Of a stretch of DNA of 64,000 nt, positions 1 to 8,216 are shown one piece after another. The stretch is taken from the IMG/VR virus record IMGVR_UViG_3300029521_000003. One strand, 5' to 3'. The notes beneath the pieces were generated by a model. It was given only the letters and a program-made list of their open reading frames with translations, did no database searches and was not told the origin of the DNA. Position 1 is the stretch's first letter; every line of letters starts with the position of its first letter. Made by a program: the position numbers and the translations under genes. The stretch is from a virus. Lineage: Duplodnaviria > Heunggongvirae > Uroviricota > Caudoviricetes > Crassvirales.

Positions 1-60
1 CCAGTTTTATTACTGGTAGCCTTTTCTTTTTATGCACATTCTTGTGATAATTAAGATATG

Positions 61-80
61 TTTTACTAAAAAAAAAAACA
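61..80 (+). promoter_or_regulatory. conserved A-run upstream element (TTTTACTAAAAAAAAAAACA, then ATG)
   Basis: One of five near-identical elements immediately 5' of start codons. The others are at 12861-12878, 18696-18717, 24223-24240 and 30929-30950. Confidence 0.5.
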
Positions 81-470
81 ATGAAAAATGAAAAGACTGG
101 AGCTGAGAGCTTCAGAGAACACATGAGAGAAAAATTAGGTCTTAACGAACCATTACCTCAAGAAGTATTGAATGATATAAGGGAAGGTGTAATTGACCTT
201 GGTAAAAAGACAAGTGATACCAATGCAGAAGATGTGTTGGATAACTGCCTGATTGAATTGAGCAAACTAAAAGATGACCAAAGTAAGGCTATTGTAATTA
301 CTTACCTACTTGGTACTCTGCCTATGGACTTGCAGAAGTTCATTGCAGACCAACAGCAAAAGATTGTTGTTGCTCTTACAGCTAAGAATTTAGCAGGTGA
401 AGGTCCAGAAGCCATGTTGGGTATGCTTCTTATGGGAGCTATGCTGAAAGACAAAGATTCAGATGAATAA
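81..470 (+). CDS. hypothetical protein
   Basis: 129-aa ORF starting at ATG 81, directly preceded by the TTTTACTAAAAAAAAAAACA element. No recognisable motif. Confidence 0.5.
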   Translation: MKNEKTGAESFREHMREKLGLNEPLPQEVLNDIREGVIDLGKKTSDTNAEDVLDNCLIELSKLKDDQSKAIVITYLLGTLPMDLQKFIADQQQKIVVALTAKNLAGEGPEAMLGMLLMGAMLKDKDSDE

Positions 471-843
471 TGAAATCAAAGTGAGTCTCAGTGTCACATT
501 ACAAGGTAGTGTGATGCTGAGCCAAGAGCAGGCTAAAGCTCTTGAGAAAGAAAAAGCAGGCACAGGTTATAACACTTTCAATATGAAAATAGAAAGTCTT
601 GAAGATGGTAAGAAGGATGCTAAAACTATCACTGTAAAGACAAGAAAGTGTAAATCTGCTGGTCAGTCTCTTAATCTTAGTATGGATGCTTATGACTACA
701 TGACAGGAAAAGAAGCTCCTTACTTTATGAAAGCAAAAGATTGGGAGAGACTTACCAAGAAACAGAGACTTGAAGCACATCTTAAAAGGATTGTAGAAGG
801 TCTTGGTGGAGTGAGTTATACCTACACTGTTCATGATAATTAA
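463..843 (+). CDS. hypothetical protein
   Basis: 126-aa ORF with ATGA start/stop overlap with the upstream gene. No recognisable motif. Confidence 0.5.
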   Translation: MNNEIKVSLSVTLQGSVMLSQEQAKALEKEKAGTGYNTFNMKIESLEDGKKDAKTITVKTRKCKSAGQSLNLSMDAYDYMTGKEAPYFMKAKDWERLTKKQRLEAHLKRIVEGLGGVSYTYTVHDN

Positions 844-864
844 ATTATTTATAGTGGAGGTAGT

Positions 865-1023
865 ATGTTATTTGTATTAATCTTAATAGGAGTATTAGTT
901 ATAAGTACTTTTGTTAGATACCATCCCTATCTTGATTTAGTCCTAAGCTATGATAGGTATATACTATTGTTGTGGTATGATAAGGATGGTGGGAGAACTT
1001 ACATAAAACTATTGGAAATATGA
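865..1023 (+). CDS. possible small hydrophobic membrane protein (52 aa)
   Basis: Not in the ORF track (under 60 aa). ATG at 865 is preceded by GGAGG at 856-860. Translation MLFVLILIGVLVISTFVRYH... is strongly hydrophobic. Its TGA overlaps the ATG of the next gene. Confidence 0.25.
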   Translation: MLFVLILIGVLVISTFVRYHPYLDLVLSYDRYILLLWYDKDGGRTYIKLLEI

Positions 1024-1847
1024 GCTATGAATTTAAGATGAAAGGTCATGGTAATGGAAGAAAGTCCAGACTATACAAGAAGACTAAGAGAGCTTCTATG
1101 AATAGAATGGATGCAAGCCATTTGCCTATGAGAGTACAATCTGATAAGAATGGTTATTGGGGTCAAACCAGCAGAGGAAGGGGATGTTTCCCCTGTAAGG
1201 AAGTGAAGAGCTTTCTAATGAAGAGAGTTGGAAGACCAGTGAATGATGTCTTCTCAGAGTTTGTAGTAGAGATGAAGAAATATAAACAGAATAAACCTAT
1301 TAAAGAAACTTTTGATTCTTTTCTTGATTATGAAGAAGAAAAGATGAAAGGTTATCAATGGGCATCAGGCTTTTATGTTTCTAATGGTATCTTGAACTAT
1401 AAAAAGTACTCCAGAAAAAGACAAGCCTATAGTCCTAAGCACATTAATTGGAATAATAGCCATATTAAAATGGATGTATTAGAGCAATTCAAGCCTATTA
1501 CTACATATCTCTTCAAGAGAGCTTCTACTACTGGACCTTTATTTATTGGAAAACTTTGGGTATCTGTTAAAGGAAACTATATGTTATTGCCTGTTTGGGC
1601 AGTGTATAGAGGTAAATTTAGCAGTAGTAGAGATACTGATATAAGTAGGTATAGTCTATATACTAAAGCCCAGTTAGAGCATTTACTGCAATTTACAAGA
1701 GTTACAGTGATTGGGAAAGGGGATTATTATGAAGTTCTTGATTATGAAAGTCCAAGAGGTAGATGGTACAGTTCTTATACTTACTATGACTATATAGTCA
1801 AAATAACAGATATAGAAGAATATACAAAACAAAAATTCAAAGAATGA
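1020..1847 (+). CDS. hypothetical protein (basic N-terminus)
   Basis: 275-aa ORF with a K/R-rich N-terminal 30 aa. No recognisable motif. Confidence 0.5.
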   Translation: MSYEFKMKGHGNGRKSRLYKKTKRASMNRMDASHLPMRVQSDKNGYWGQTSRGRGCFPCKEVKSFLMKRVGRPVNDVFSEFVVEMKKYKQNKPIKETFDSFLDYEEEKMKGYQWASGFYVSNGILNYKKYSRKRQAYSPKHINWNNSHIKMDVLEQFKPITTYLFKRASTTGPLFIGKLWVSVKGNYMLLPVWAVYRGKFSSSRDTDISRYSLYTKAQLEHLLQFTRVTVIGKGDYYEVLDYESPRGRWYSSYTYYDYIVKITDIEEYTKQKFKE

Positions 1848-2035
1848 ATATACTGAAAATAGCTGTATGGTTTGTCATGCTAATGGGATTTATTAATGTG
1901 TCTTTTCATATGATGTCCCAAGCAAATACAATGGAGAATGTTGTAGGATTCTTCTTAATCATTATTACTATCTTGGTTTCCTACAAGACCAAGTGTTTTA
2001 CAACAATAAAATTTAAAAGAAAACATGAAAAGTAA
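1844..2035 (+). CDS. small membrane protein
   Basis: 63 aa with two hydrophobic helices. ATGA overlap with the upstream gene. Confidence 0.35.
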   Translation: MNILKIAVWFVMLMGFINVSFHMMSQANTMENVVGFFLIIITILVSYKTKCFTTIKFKRKHEK

Positions 2036-2810
2036 ATTTTTAGGTGGGCTATTAATAGCCTTTATGGTGATGATAAGTCTGTCATCTTGTGAGAGAATTG
2101 ATGCTGGTTGTGAAGGTATCAAAGTAAGCCTTTATGGTGATGATAAGGGTGTTGGTGATGTGGCTTTGGTTACAGGTAGAGTATGGTACAATCCTATCAC
2201 TACTGAAATCTATGAATATCCTATGTATGTTCAGACTGTAGATTACCCTGCATTTGAAATCAATGCAAAGGATGGTAGCAAGTTTACTGTGGACCCTACA
2301 ATCAATGTTAATCCTATGGCAGGAAAGGCTCCTGAAATCTTTAGTAAATATAGGAAACCTCTTGAAGATGTAATTCAGAATGTACTTGTCACTCATATAA
2401 AAAATGCTTATAGGTTAAAGCTAAATGCTTATACAACAGATGATTTGGTAAGTAAAAGGGAAGAGTTTGAAAAGGCTACAGAAGATTATTTAAGGGAAGT
2501 ATTAGCTAAAGAAAACTTTGTTCTTGGGGAAATGACCTCAGGTCTTAAATATCCTGAATCCTTGGAAATGTCTATTACTGCCAAGAATAAGGCTGTTCAA
2601 GAAGCCATGCAAGTTGAAAATGAAATCAGGGTGGCAGAAGCAGAAGCTAAGAAACTTATTGTAGCAGCAGAAGCAGAGAAGAAAGCTAATGAATTGAAAC
2701 AACAGGCTCTTACTCCTGCTATTCTTGAGAAGATGTGGATTGAGAAATGGGATGGCAAATTACCTGTATATGGTCAAGTTCCTACTATCTTCAAAGATAT
2801 TAGTAAGTAG
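2025..2810 (+). CDS. SPFH/band-7 (prohibitin-like) domain lipoprotein
   Basis: N-terminal lipoprotein signal with lipobox ISLSSC-E. C-terminal region ...ITAKNKAVQEAMQVENEIRVAEAEAKKLIVAAEAEKKANELKQQ... matches the AEAEA-rich coiled-coil tail typical of SPFH (HflK/C, stomatin) proteins. Confidence 0.45.
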   Translation: MKSKFLGGLLIAFMVMISLSSCERIDAGCEGIKVSLYGDDKGVGDVALVTGRVWYNPITTEIYEYPMYVQTVDYPAFEINAKDGSKFTVDPTINVNPMAGKAPEIFSKYRKPLEDVIQNVLVTHIKNAYRLKLNAYTTDDLVSKREEFEKATEDYLREVLAKENFVLGEMTSGLKYPESLEMSITAKNKAVQEAMQVENEIRVAEAEAKKLIVAAEAEKKANELKQQALTPAILEKMWIEKWDGKLPVYGQVPTIFKDISK

Positions 2811-2812
2811 TT

Positions 2813-3139
2813 ATGGTTTGGTTGATAATAGGATTGATATTCACTACCATTATAGTATGGGTTATGAAAAGTACCCATTGTAAGTCATATGATGGTAGGA
2901 AATTGCAATGGGAAAGGGATATTACAGTTCCTTTGTGGCAAGGAGTTTTAATCTACATTGTCATGATAATTCCCATTATTGGTATTATAGCTTTTATAGC
3001 TTTCCTAATTTGGTATGTTGTACATTCTATGTGGGGTTCGGATTGCTGTGTTGACAGATGGATATTCTCTTTTAAAGAAGGTACAGGGCTATATAAGATA
3101 TGGTCTAAGATTGGAGTATTTTTAAATAAGAAATTATGA
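2813..3139 (+). CDS. membrane protein (2 TM helices)
   Basis: 108 aa with two long hydrophobic segments. Immediately downstream of the SPFH lipoprotein. Confidence 0.4.
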   Translation: MVWLIIGLIFTTIIVWVMKSTHCKSYDGRKLQWERDITVPLWQGVLIYIVMIIPIIGIIAFIAFLIWYVVHSMWGSDCCVDRWIFSFKEGTGLYKIWSKIGVFLNKKL

Positions 3140-3540
3140 GTGAACTTGAAAATAAAAATGGAGTGTTCAAATCAGACTTGATGAGAACATTCAGACAGCT
3201 TAAAGAAAGTAGAGCTGAGAGTGTATCAGAAGATGTAGAGATTATCTACAAGAGAAGGATTGAAGATTTGTGTCATAGAATCAGAAACTATGACAGAGAC
3301 AGGGAGAATATTCTTCTTGACTTGTCTCCTTCAAGTCTTACCAGTGGTGCTGTGGTTCCATCAGACTTTGATGCAACCAAATTCATGGAGAAAGATGTGG
3401 AGATTGGTCTCAACAAAAGGGATGCAATCATTCAGTTGGAGATTGTACTGGATAGATATGAATATCTGTTTGGTCCTTTGGCTGACACAACTGCTGTATT
3501 GAAAGTGTTACCTGAGTGGAAATCTAAACTTGCACAGTAA
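3136..3540 (+). CDS. hypothetical protein
   Basis: 134-aa ORF translationally coupled on both sides (ATGA overlaps). Confidence 0.5.
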   Translation: MSELENKNGVFKSDLMRTFRQLKESRAESVSEDVEIIYKRRIEDLCHRIRNYDRDRENILLDLSPSSLTSGAVVPSDFDATKFMEKDVEIGLNKRDAIIQLEIVLDRYEYLFGPLADTTAVLKVLPEWKSKLAQ

Positions 3541-4421
3541 TGGGTGGTGGTAGTTATTCCTATATGAATAGTCACTCCAGAGGAGTGAGCTATCAATCTC
3601 AGACCAGAGAAGAGGTATTCAAACAAAGAGAGATGCACAGAGAGATGGACATCAAAGGTAAAATAAGGGAGGCAAGGGATAGTGAGGAACACCCTACTTC
3701 TCTTCCTATTATTATATCTCTTGATGTTACAGGTAGTATGGGAGTTATCCCTGAATATCTTATCAAGTTTGGATTCCCTGAAATCATGAAGAAAATCATG
3801 GATGAAGGGATTGAGCATCCTCAAGTATGCTTCTTGGGTATAGGAGACCATTACACAGATATTGCACCTATCCAAGTAGGTCAGTTTGAATCTTCTGATG
3901 AACTGCTTGATAAGTGGTTGAAGATTATCTGGCTTGAAGGTCATGGTGGTGGAAATGGAGGTGAGAGTTATTCTCTTGCTTGGTATTTTGCTGCAAGGCA
4001 TACTTCTATTGATTCTCTGTTGAAGAGAGGTCAGAAGGGTATCCTTATCACCATTGGTGATGAACCCTGTCATGGTTCTTTAGGTTGTGACTCCATTAAG
4101 AAATTGTTTGGAGACACTCTTGAAGGGAATAAGGATATAGAGGCTTCTCAGATACTCAAGGAAGCACAGGAAAGTTGGCATGTCTATCATATTAATCTAC
4201 AAGATTATATGGGTAGAAAGCCAAGTGTACAAGAGGGTTGGAAGAAGTATCTTGGTGAGAGAGTGATTAATACTGAGGATGGTGAGGGTAGAGATATTCC
4301 AGACATCATTTCAGGCATCATTCTTGGAGCTGTAAACATTGATAAGATGAAAGTTAGAGTTAGTATAGAAACATCTTCCAGCTCAGAAATAAAAGAAACT
4401 ACAGTAAATCATTTAAGATAA
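3540..4421 (+). CDS. von Willebrand factor A (vWA)-like domain protein
   Basis: MIDAS-like motif IISLDVTGSMG (DxTGS). Later ILITIGDEP is consistent with the second metal-coordinating loop. Confidence 0.45.
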   Translation: MGGGSYSYMNSHSRGVSYQSQTREEVFKQREMHREMDIKGKIREARDSEEHPTSLPIIISLDVTGSMGVIPEYLIKFGFPEIMKKIMDEGIEHPQVCFLGIGDHYTDIAPIQVGQFESSDELLDKWLKIIWLEGHGGGNGGESYSLAWYFAARHTSIDSLLKRGQKGILITIGDEPCHGSLGCDSIKKLFGDTLEGNKDIEASQILKEAQESWHVYHINLQDYMGRKPSVQEGWKKYLGERVINTEDGEGRDIPDIISGIILGAVNIDKMKVRVSIETSSSSEIKETTVNHLR

Positions 4422-5570
4422 ATGGAAGTTAAGATTGTACTTGGTTATACCTTTGGTGATGAAGGCAAGGGTGTGACAGTTCAATGGCTTTGTAAGAAAG
4501 CTATTGAAGAGGGAAAAAGACCTATAGTTGTTAGATTCTCAGGTGGACCACAAGCTGCTCACACAATAAACCATAATGGACTTGAACATATATGTTCCTC
4601 CTTTGGTAGTGGAGTATTGCTTGGTGTTCCTACAATGCTTTATGACAATACATACATTGACCCAATTAGTCTGGTTAAAGAGTATGACAGTCTTGTAAGT
4701 AAAGGTATTGAACCTAAGATAATGATGAGTGCATTCAATAGAATTATCACTCCTCATGATATACTGGCTGGGAGAGAGAATACTAAAGTTCTTACTGATG
4801 GTACTTGTGGAAAAGGGTTATATCCTACATTCAAAAGGTATCAATCAAGAAGCAGGGTTCAGCACACATCTATGTTTTTGGGTTATGAAAATGGTCCTGA
4901 AACAATACTTGATGAAGCATTAGAGTTTCATAAACCTGAGGCATCTTACTATGAAGGAAACTTCTTAGAAGCCTGTGATAGATTGAAGTCTATTATCAAG
5001 GTAAAAGATAGCAGATGGACTAAAGACTATGATGTGCTTATCTTCGAGGGTTCACAAGGACTACTCTTGGATATGGATTGTGGCTTTTATCCTAATGTTA
5101 CTCCTTCAAGAGTAGGTTTGAATGGCATTGAATCTCAGTTTCTTAAGAATGCTGAGGTATATCTTGTCACAAGAACTTACACTACAAGGCATGGCAATGG
5201 GTATAAACCAAAGTACAGACTTAACATTGATTTGTCTGGGAAACATGAAACAAATGTCAATAATGAATATCAAGGTGAGTTCAAGGTTGGTGCATTGGAA
5301 ACAATACTGATGAATAGAGCCACTGAGAGACACAGAATTGATAATTATGTTTCCCAATTTGATTGTAGGCTGAATCTTGTAGTTACACACATGGATGTTG
5401 TTGTAAATGGTGGAATCTTTGAGTATGAACATAAGTTTGGTGAGAATGTTATAATAGGAGCAATTAAACCACAGAAAGTTCTTGAAGCAATAACATCACA
5501 TTTGGATATTTCATTTGACAATGTGTACTACAATGACAGTATTGAGTCAAATATAAAACAAATGTTATGA
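4422..5570 (+). CDS. adenylosuccinate synthetase family protein (PurA/PurZ-like)
   Basis: N-terminal P-loop [11 protein letters not shown] (PurA GDEGKGK). GGPQAAHT matches PurA [30 protein letters not shown] matches PurA [30 protein letters not shown] matches PurA YSTRVGAG. 382 aa, shorter than cellular PurA. Confidence 0.6.
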   Translation: [382 protein letters not shown]

Positions 5571-6040
5571 AGCAAAAGGTGTATAATATCCTTATGCTCT
5601 TTTTAATTGGTGGTCTGTATGGTTTATACTATATAGACTACCAAGAAGAGCACAGGGAACCTGAAAAGGTAGATGTATTGAGATTAGAGCAACCAGAGTT
5701 CTTACTTTCAGAGAAGCCTGATGATGATTTGATGGCAGTTCTTGAGTATTATAATGTGAAACACAAGAATATTGTGTATGCACAGGCTATACTTGAGACA
5801 GGTCATTTCAGGTCTAAGGTATGCAGGGAATATAATAACCTATTTGGACTGTATAATAGCAGGTCAAAAGACTACTATAAGTTCAATCATTGGAGTGAGA
5901 GTGTAGTTGCTTATCTTAATTACATACAGTATAGATACAAACCCCCGAATGATTATTATAAATTCTTGGAGGAAATAGGCTATGCGGAAGACCCGCAATA
6001 TATAACAAAACTAAAGAATATTGTCAAGAGATATGGATAG
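5567..6040 (+). CDS. peptidoglycan hydrolase, glucosaminidase (FlgJ C-terminal-like) domain, N-terminal membrane anchor
   Basis: N-terminal TM helix. Motif VYAQAILETGHF resembles the glucosaminidase signature (AQAALESGWG). Confidence 0.4.
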   Translation: MKQKVYNILMLFLIGGLYGLYYIDYQEEHREPEKVDVLRLEQPEFLLSEKPDDDLMAVLEYYNVKHKNIVYAQAILETGHFRSKVCREYNNLFGLYNSRSKDYYKFNHWSESVVAYLNYIQYRYKPPNDYYKFLEEIGYAEDPQYITKLKNIVKRYG

Positions 6041-7208
6041 AAAACAGGCTCAGGAAGAGATAATGAATATAAAGAGTAATGCTATACTCTGTGAGTTACC
6101 TACTTCCTTTGGTAAGTCAAAGATAGGAATTGATTTAGCTTTAAGGGATACACCTAAAAGTATCCTTATAGTAGTACCCAGATTAGTGCTTATAAACAAC
6201 TGGAAAGAGGAGTTTATTAAGTGGGGATTTGAGAACTTGCTTGAGATATTGCAATTCAGTACTTATGTTGGATTGAATAAGCATGTAGAATCAGAATGGG
6301 ATTGTGTCATATTTGATGAAGTACAACACATGTCAGAAAGATGCAGGGAATTTGTATCTACTATGAATATATCTCACTCCATCATGCTTTCAGCAACAGT
6401 TACCAGAGATATGAAGTGGGAACTTAGTCAGTTGTTTCCTGATTTTCAGTGTTATACAGTGAAGATGAAGGAGGCTATAGACAATGAAATCCTTCCTGAC
6501 CCAAGAGTATTTCTTATACCTCTTGACCTTGATAATACACATGCTGTACATACTCTTGTAGAACATCCCAAAGCCAAGATTGTGAAAGAATGTCTGTATA
6601 AAGACAGATGGTCATATCTTAGGGATAAATCAGTTCAGGTTCATATTAAATGCACTGCATATCAGTATGTCCAAGAGTTGGGGAATAAAATAGAGTTCTG
6701 GAAAAGACAGTATATGAGAACAAGAAATGAAGGAGTAAAGACAAAGTGGTTATTCCTTGCAGGTCAAAGGCTCAAATTCCTTTCACAATTAAAGAACCCT
6801 ATTATCTTATCTCTTCTGGAGAAGCTGAGTTCTGAGAGAGTGCTTACATTCTGTAGCTCTATTGAGCAGACAGAAGTATTAGGGGAAAACTGTATTAACA
6901 GTAAAAACAAGGAATCCTCTGTAATACTTGATATGTTCAATCACAAGAAGATTGACCACATTACAGCCTGTAATATGCTTAATGAAGGTATGAATCTTGT
7001 AGATTGTAGGGTTGGTTTATATGCCAATCTTAACAGCAGTGATATTATCATAAAACAAAGGCTGGGTAGAATACTTAGGCATAAAGACCCAATCATTATT
7101 ATACCATACTTTAGTGGTACAAGGGAAGAAGAGTTGGTTGAGAAGATGCTTGAGGACTATAATCCCGAGTTAGTTGTGAAAACAAATTTAAGTGAAATAA
7201 AAGTATGA
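6033..7208 (+). CDS. SF2 DEAD/DEAH-box DNA helicase
   Basis: Walker A-like SFGKSKI, DExH box VIFDEVQH, motif III MLSATV, and a C-terminal helicase lobe. The track ORF begins at TTG 6021; the first in-frame ATG is 6033 (MDRKQ...). Confidence 0.55.
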   Translation: MDRKQAQEEIMNIKSNAILCELPTSFGKSKIGIDLALRDTPKSILIVVPRLVLINNWKEEFIKWGFENLLEILQFSTYVGLNKHVESEWDCVIFDEVQHMSERCREFVSTMNISHSIMLSATVTRDMKWELSQLFPDFQCYTVKMKEAIDNEILPDPRVFLIPLDLDNTHAVHTLVEHPKAKIVKECLYKDRWSYLRDKSVQVHIKCTAYQYVQELGNKIEFWKRQYMRTRNEGVKTKWLFLAGQRLKFLSQLKNPIILSLLEKLSSERVLTFCSSIEQTEVLGENCINSKNKESSVILDMFNHKKIDHITACNMLNEGMNLVDCRVGLYANLNSSDIIIKQRLGRILRHKDPIIIIPYFSGTREEELVEKMLEDYNPELVVKTNLSEIKV

Positions 7209-7606
7209 GAAACAGAGTTAAAATTACTAAAGCAAACTATGTTGTCAATCCTGAAAAGAAGGTAGTAGTTTGTGTTCTGGAGTGTGATATGCAGTTGTAT
7301 AAGCATCCTGCATGGGATGATATTTATCCTTGTATGTGGGCTAATCTTCCACTTGTAGATAACAGGGGCACATTCAAAGTGAGGGCTATTGCAAGATGCA
7401 ATGAAGAAGATGCCTTTAATGAAGAAGCAGGTAAGAGGATTGCAGAATCCAGAGCAAAAGGTAAAGCATTTGCTACTGCTGCAAAGGTTTATAAAGAAAT
7501 TGAGAAATATTTCTTGAACTGTGCTGCACTTGTGAATGAATCTGTGGAGGCTTGTGAACAGACTGTGAAGGTTGAGGAAGCTCATGTTGAATTGCTGATT
7601 GGATAG
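7205..7606 (+). CDS. hypothetical protein
   Basis: 133-aa ORF with ATGA overlap with the helicase gene. Confidence 0.45.
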   Translation: MRNRVKITKANYVVNPEKKVVVCVLECDMQLYKHPAWDDIYPCMWANLPLVDNRGTFKVRAIARCNEEDAFNEEAGKRIAESRAKGKAFATAAKVYKEIEKYFLNCAALVNESVEACEQTVKVEEAHVELLIG

Positions 7607-7610
7607 TAGT

Positions 7611-8213
7611 ATGACAATCTCATTGAATGACAAGGTTATTAAGAAGAGTGGTCTTTCTCTTGGAGAGGTCCTACTTATGATAGCTATTCAAAACAATGTA
7701 GATTTTCATGTTGCTGAAAGTGAATTGAAGAAAAAAGGATTTATCAGTACATCTTATAACCAGTTATTTCAACCAGAGGGGTTATTTGTAACCTCTAAGG
7801 GGAATAATATGGTTAATAACATTATCCTTGATTCTGATAAATCTGTGGGGACTGATGATTTCAATCAAAGAATTGAAGCATTAGTACCTCAACTTCAATC
7901 CATTTATCCAGAAGGAAAGAATTTCAATAACCAGTATTGGAGAGGAAATAAAACTGACATTAAAAGAAAGTTACAGACTTTCTTTAAGAAATATGGGAAT
8001 GATTATACTGATGAACAAATCATCAATGCAACTCAAGCCTATGTTTCTGGCTTCAATGGAGAGTATAAGTTCATGAGATTACTTCAATATTTCATTTGGA
8101 AAGAAGAGGTAAAGGATGGTACTAAAGTGCCTATCTCAGAACTGGCTAATTACATTGAGAATGCTGGTCAGGAGAATGACCTCACTAATGATTGGACAAG
8201 TACATTGGTTTAA
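7611..8213 (+). CDS. hypothetical protein
   Basis: The track ORF starts at TTG 7599; the first ATG in frame is 7611 (MTISLND...). Confidence 0.45.
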   Translation: MTISLNDKVIKKSGLSLGEVLLMIAIQNNVDFHVAESELKKKGFISTSYNQLFQPEGLFVTSKGNNMVNNIILDSDKSVGTDDFNQRIEALVPQLQSIYPEGKNFNNQYWRGNKTDIKRKLQTFFKKYGNDYTDEQIINATQAYVSGFNGEYKFMRLLQYFIWKEEVKDGTKVPISELANYIENAGQENDLTNDWTSTLV

Positions 8214-8216
8214 GCT

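Noticed and set aside
843-1020. Possible tRNA or small RNA in the 177-bp gap and other intergenic regions (32600-32740, 44034-44120, 55026-55132, 62060-62160)
   Set aside because: No cloverleaf-compatible segment or GTTCRA T-loop motif was seen. The gaps are explained by a small hydrophobic ORF (865-1023), terminators and promoters.
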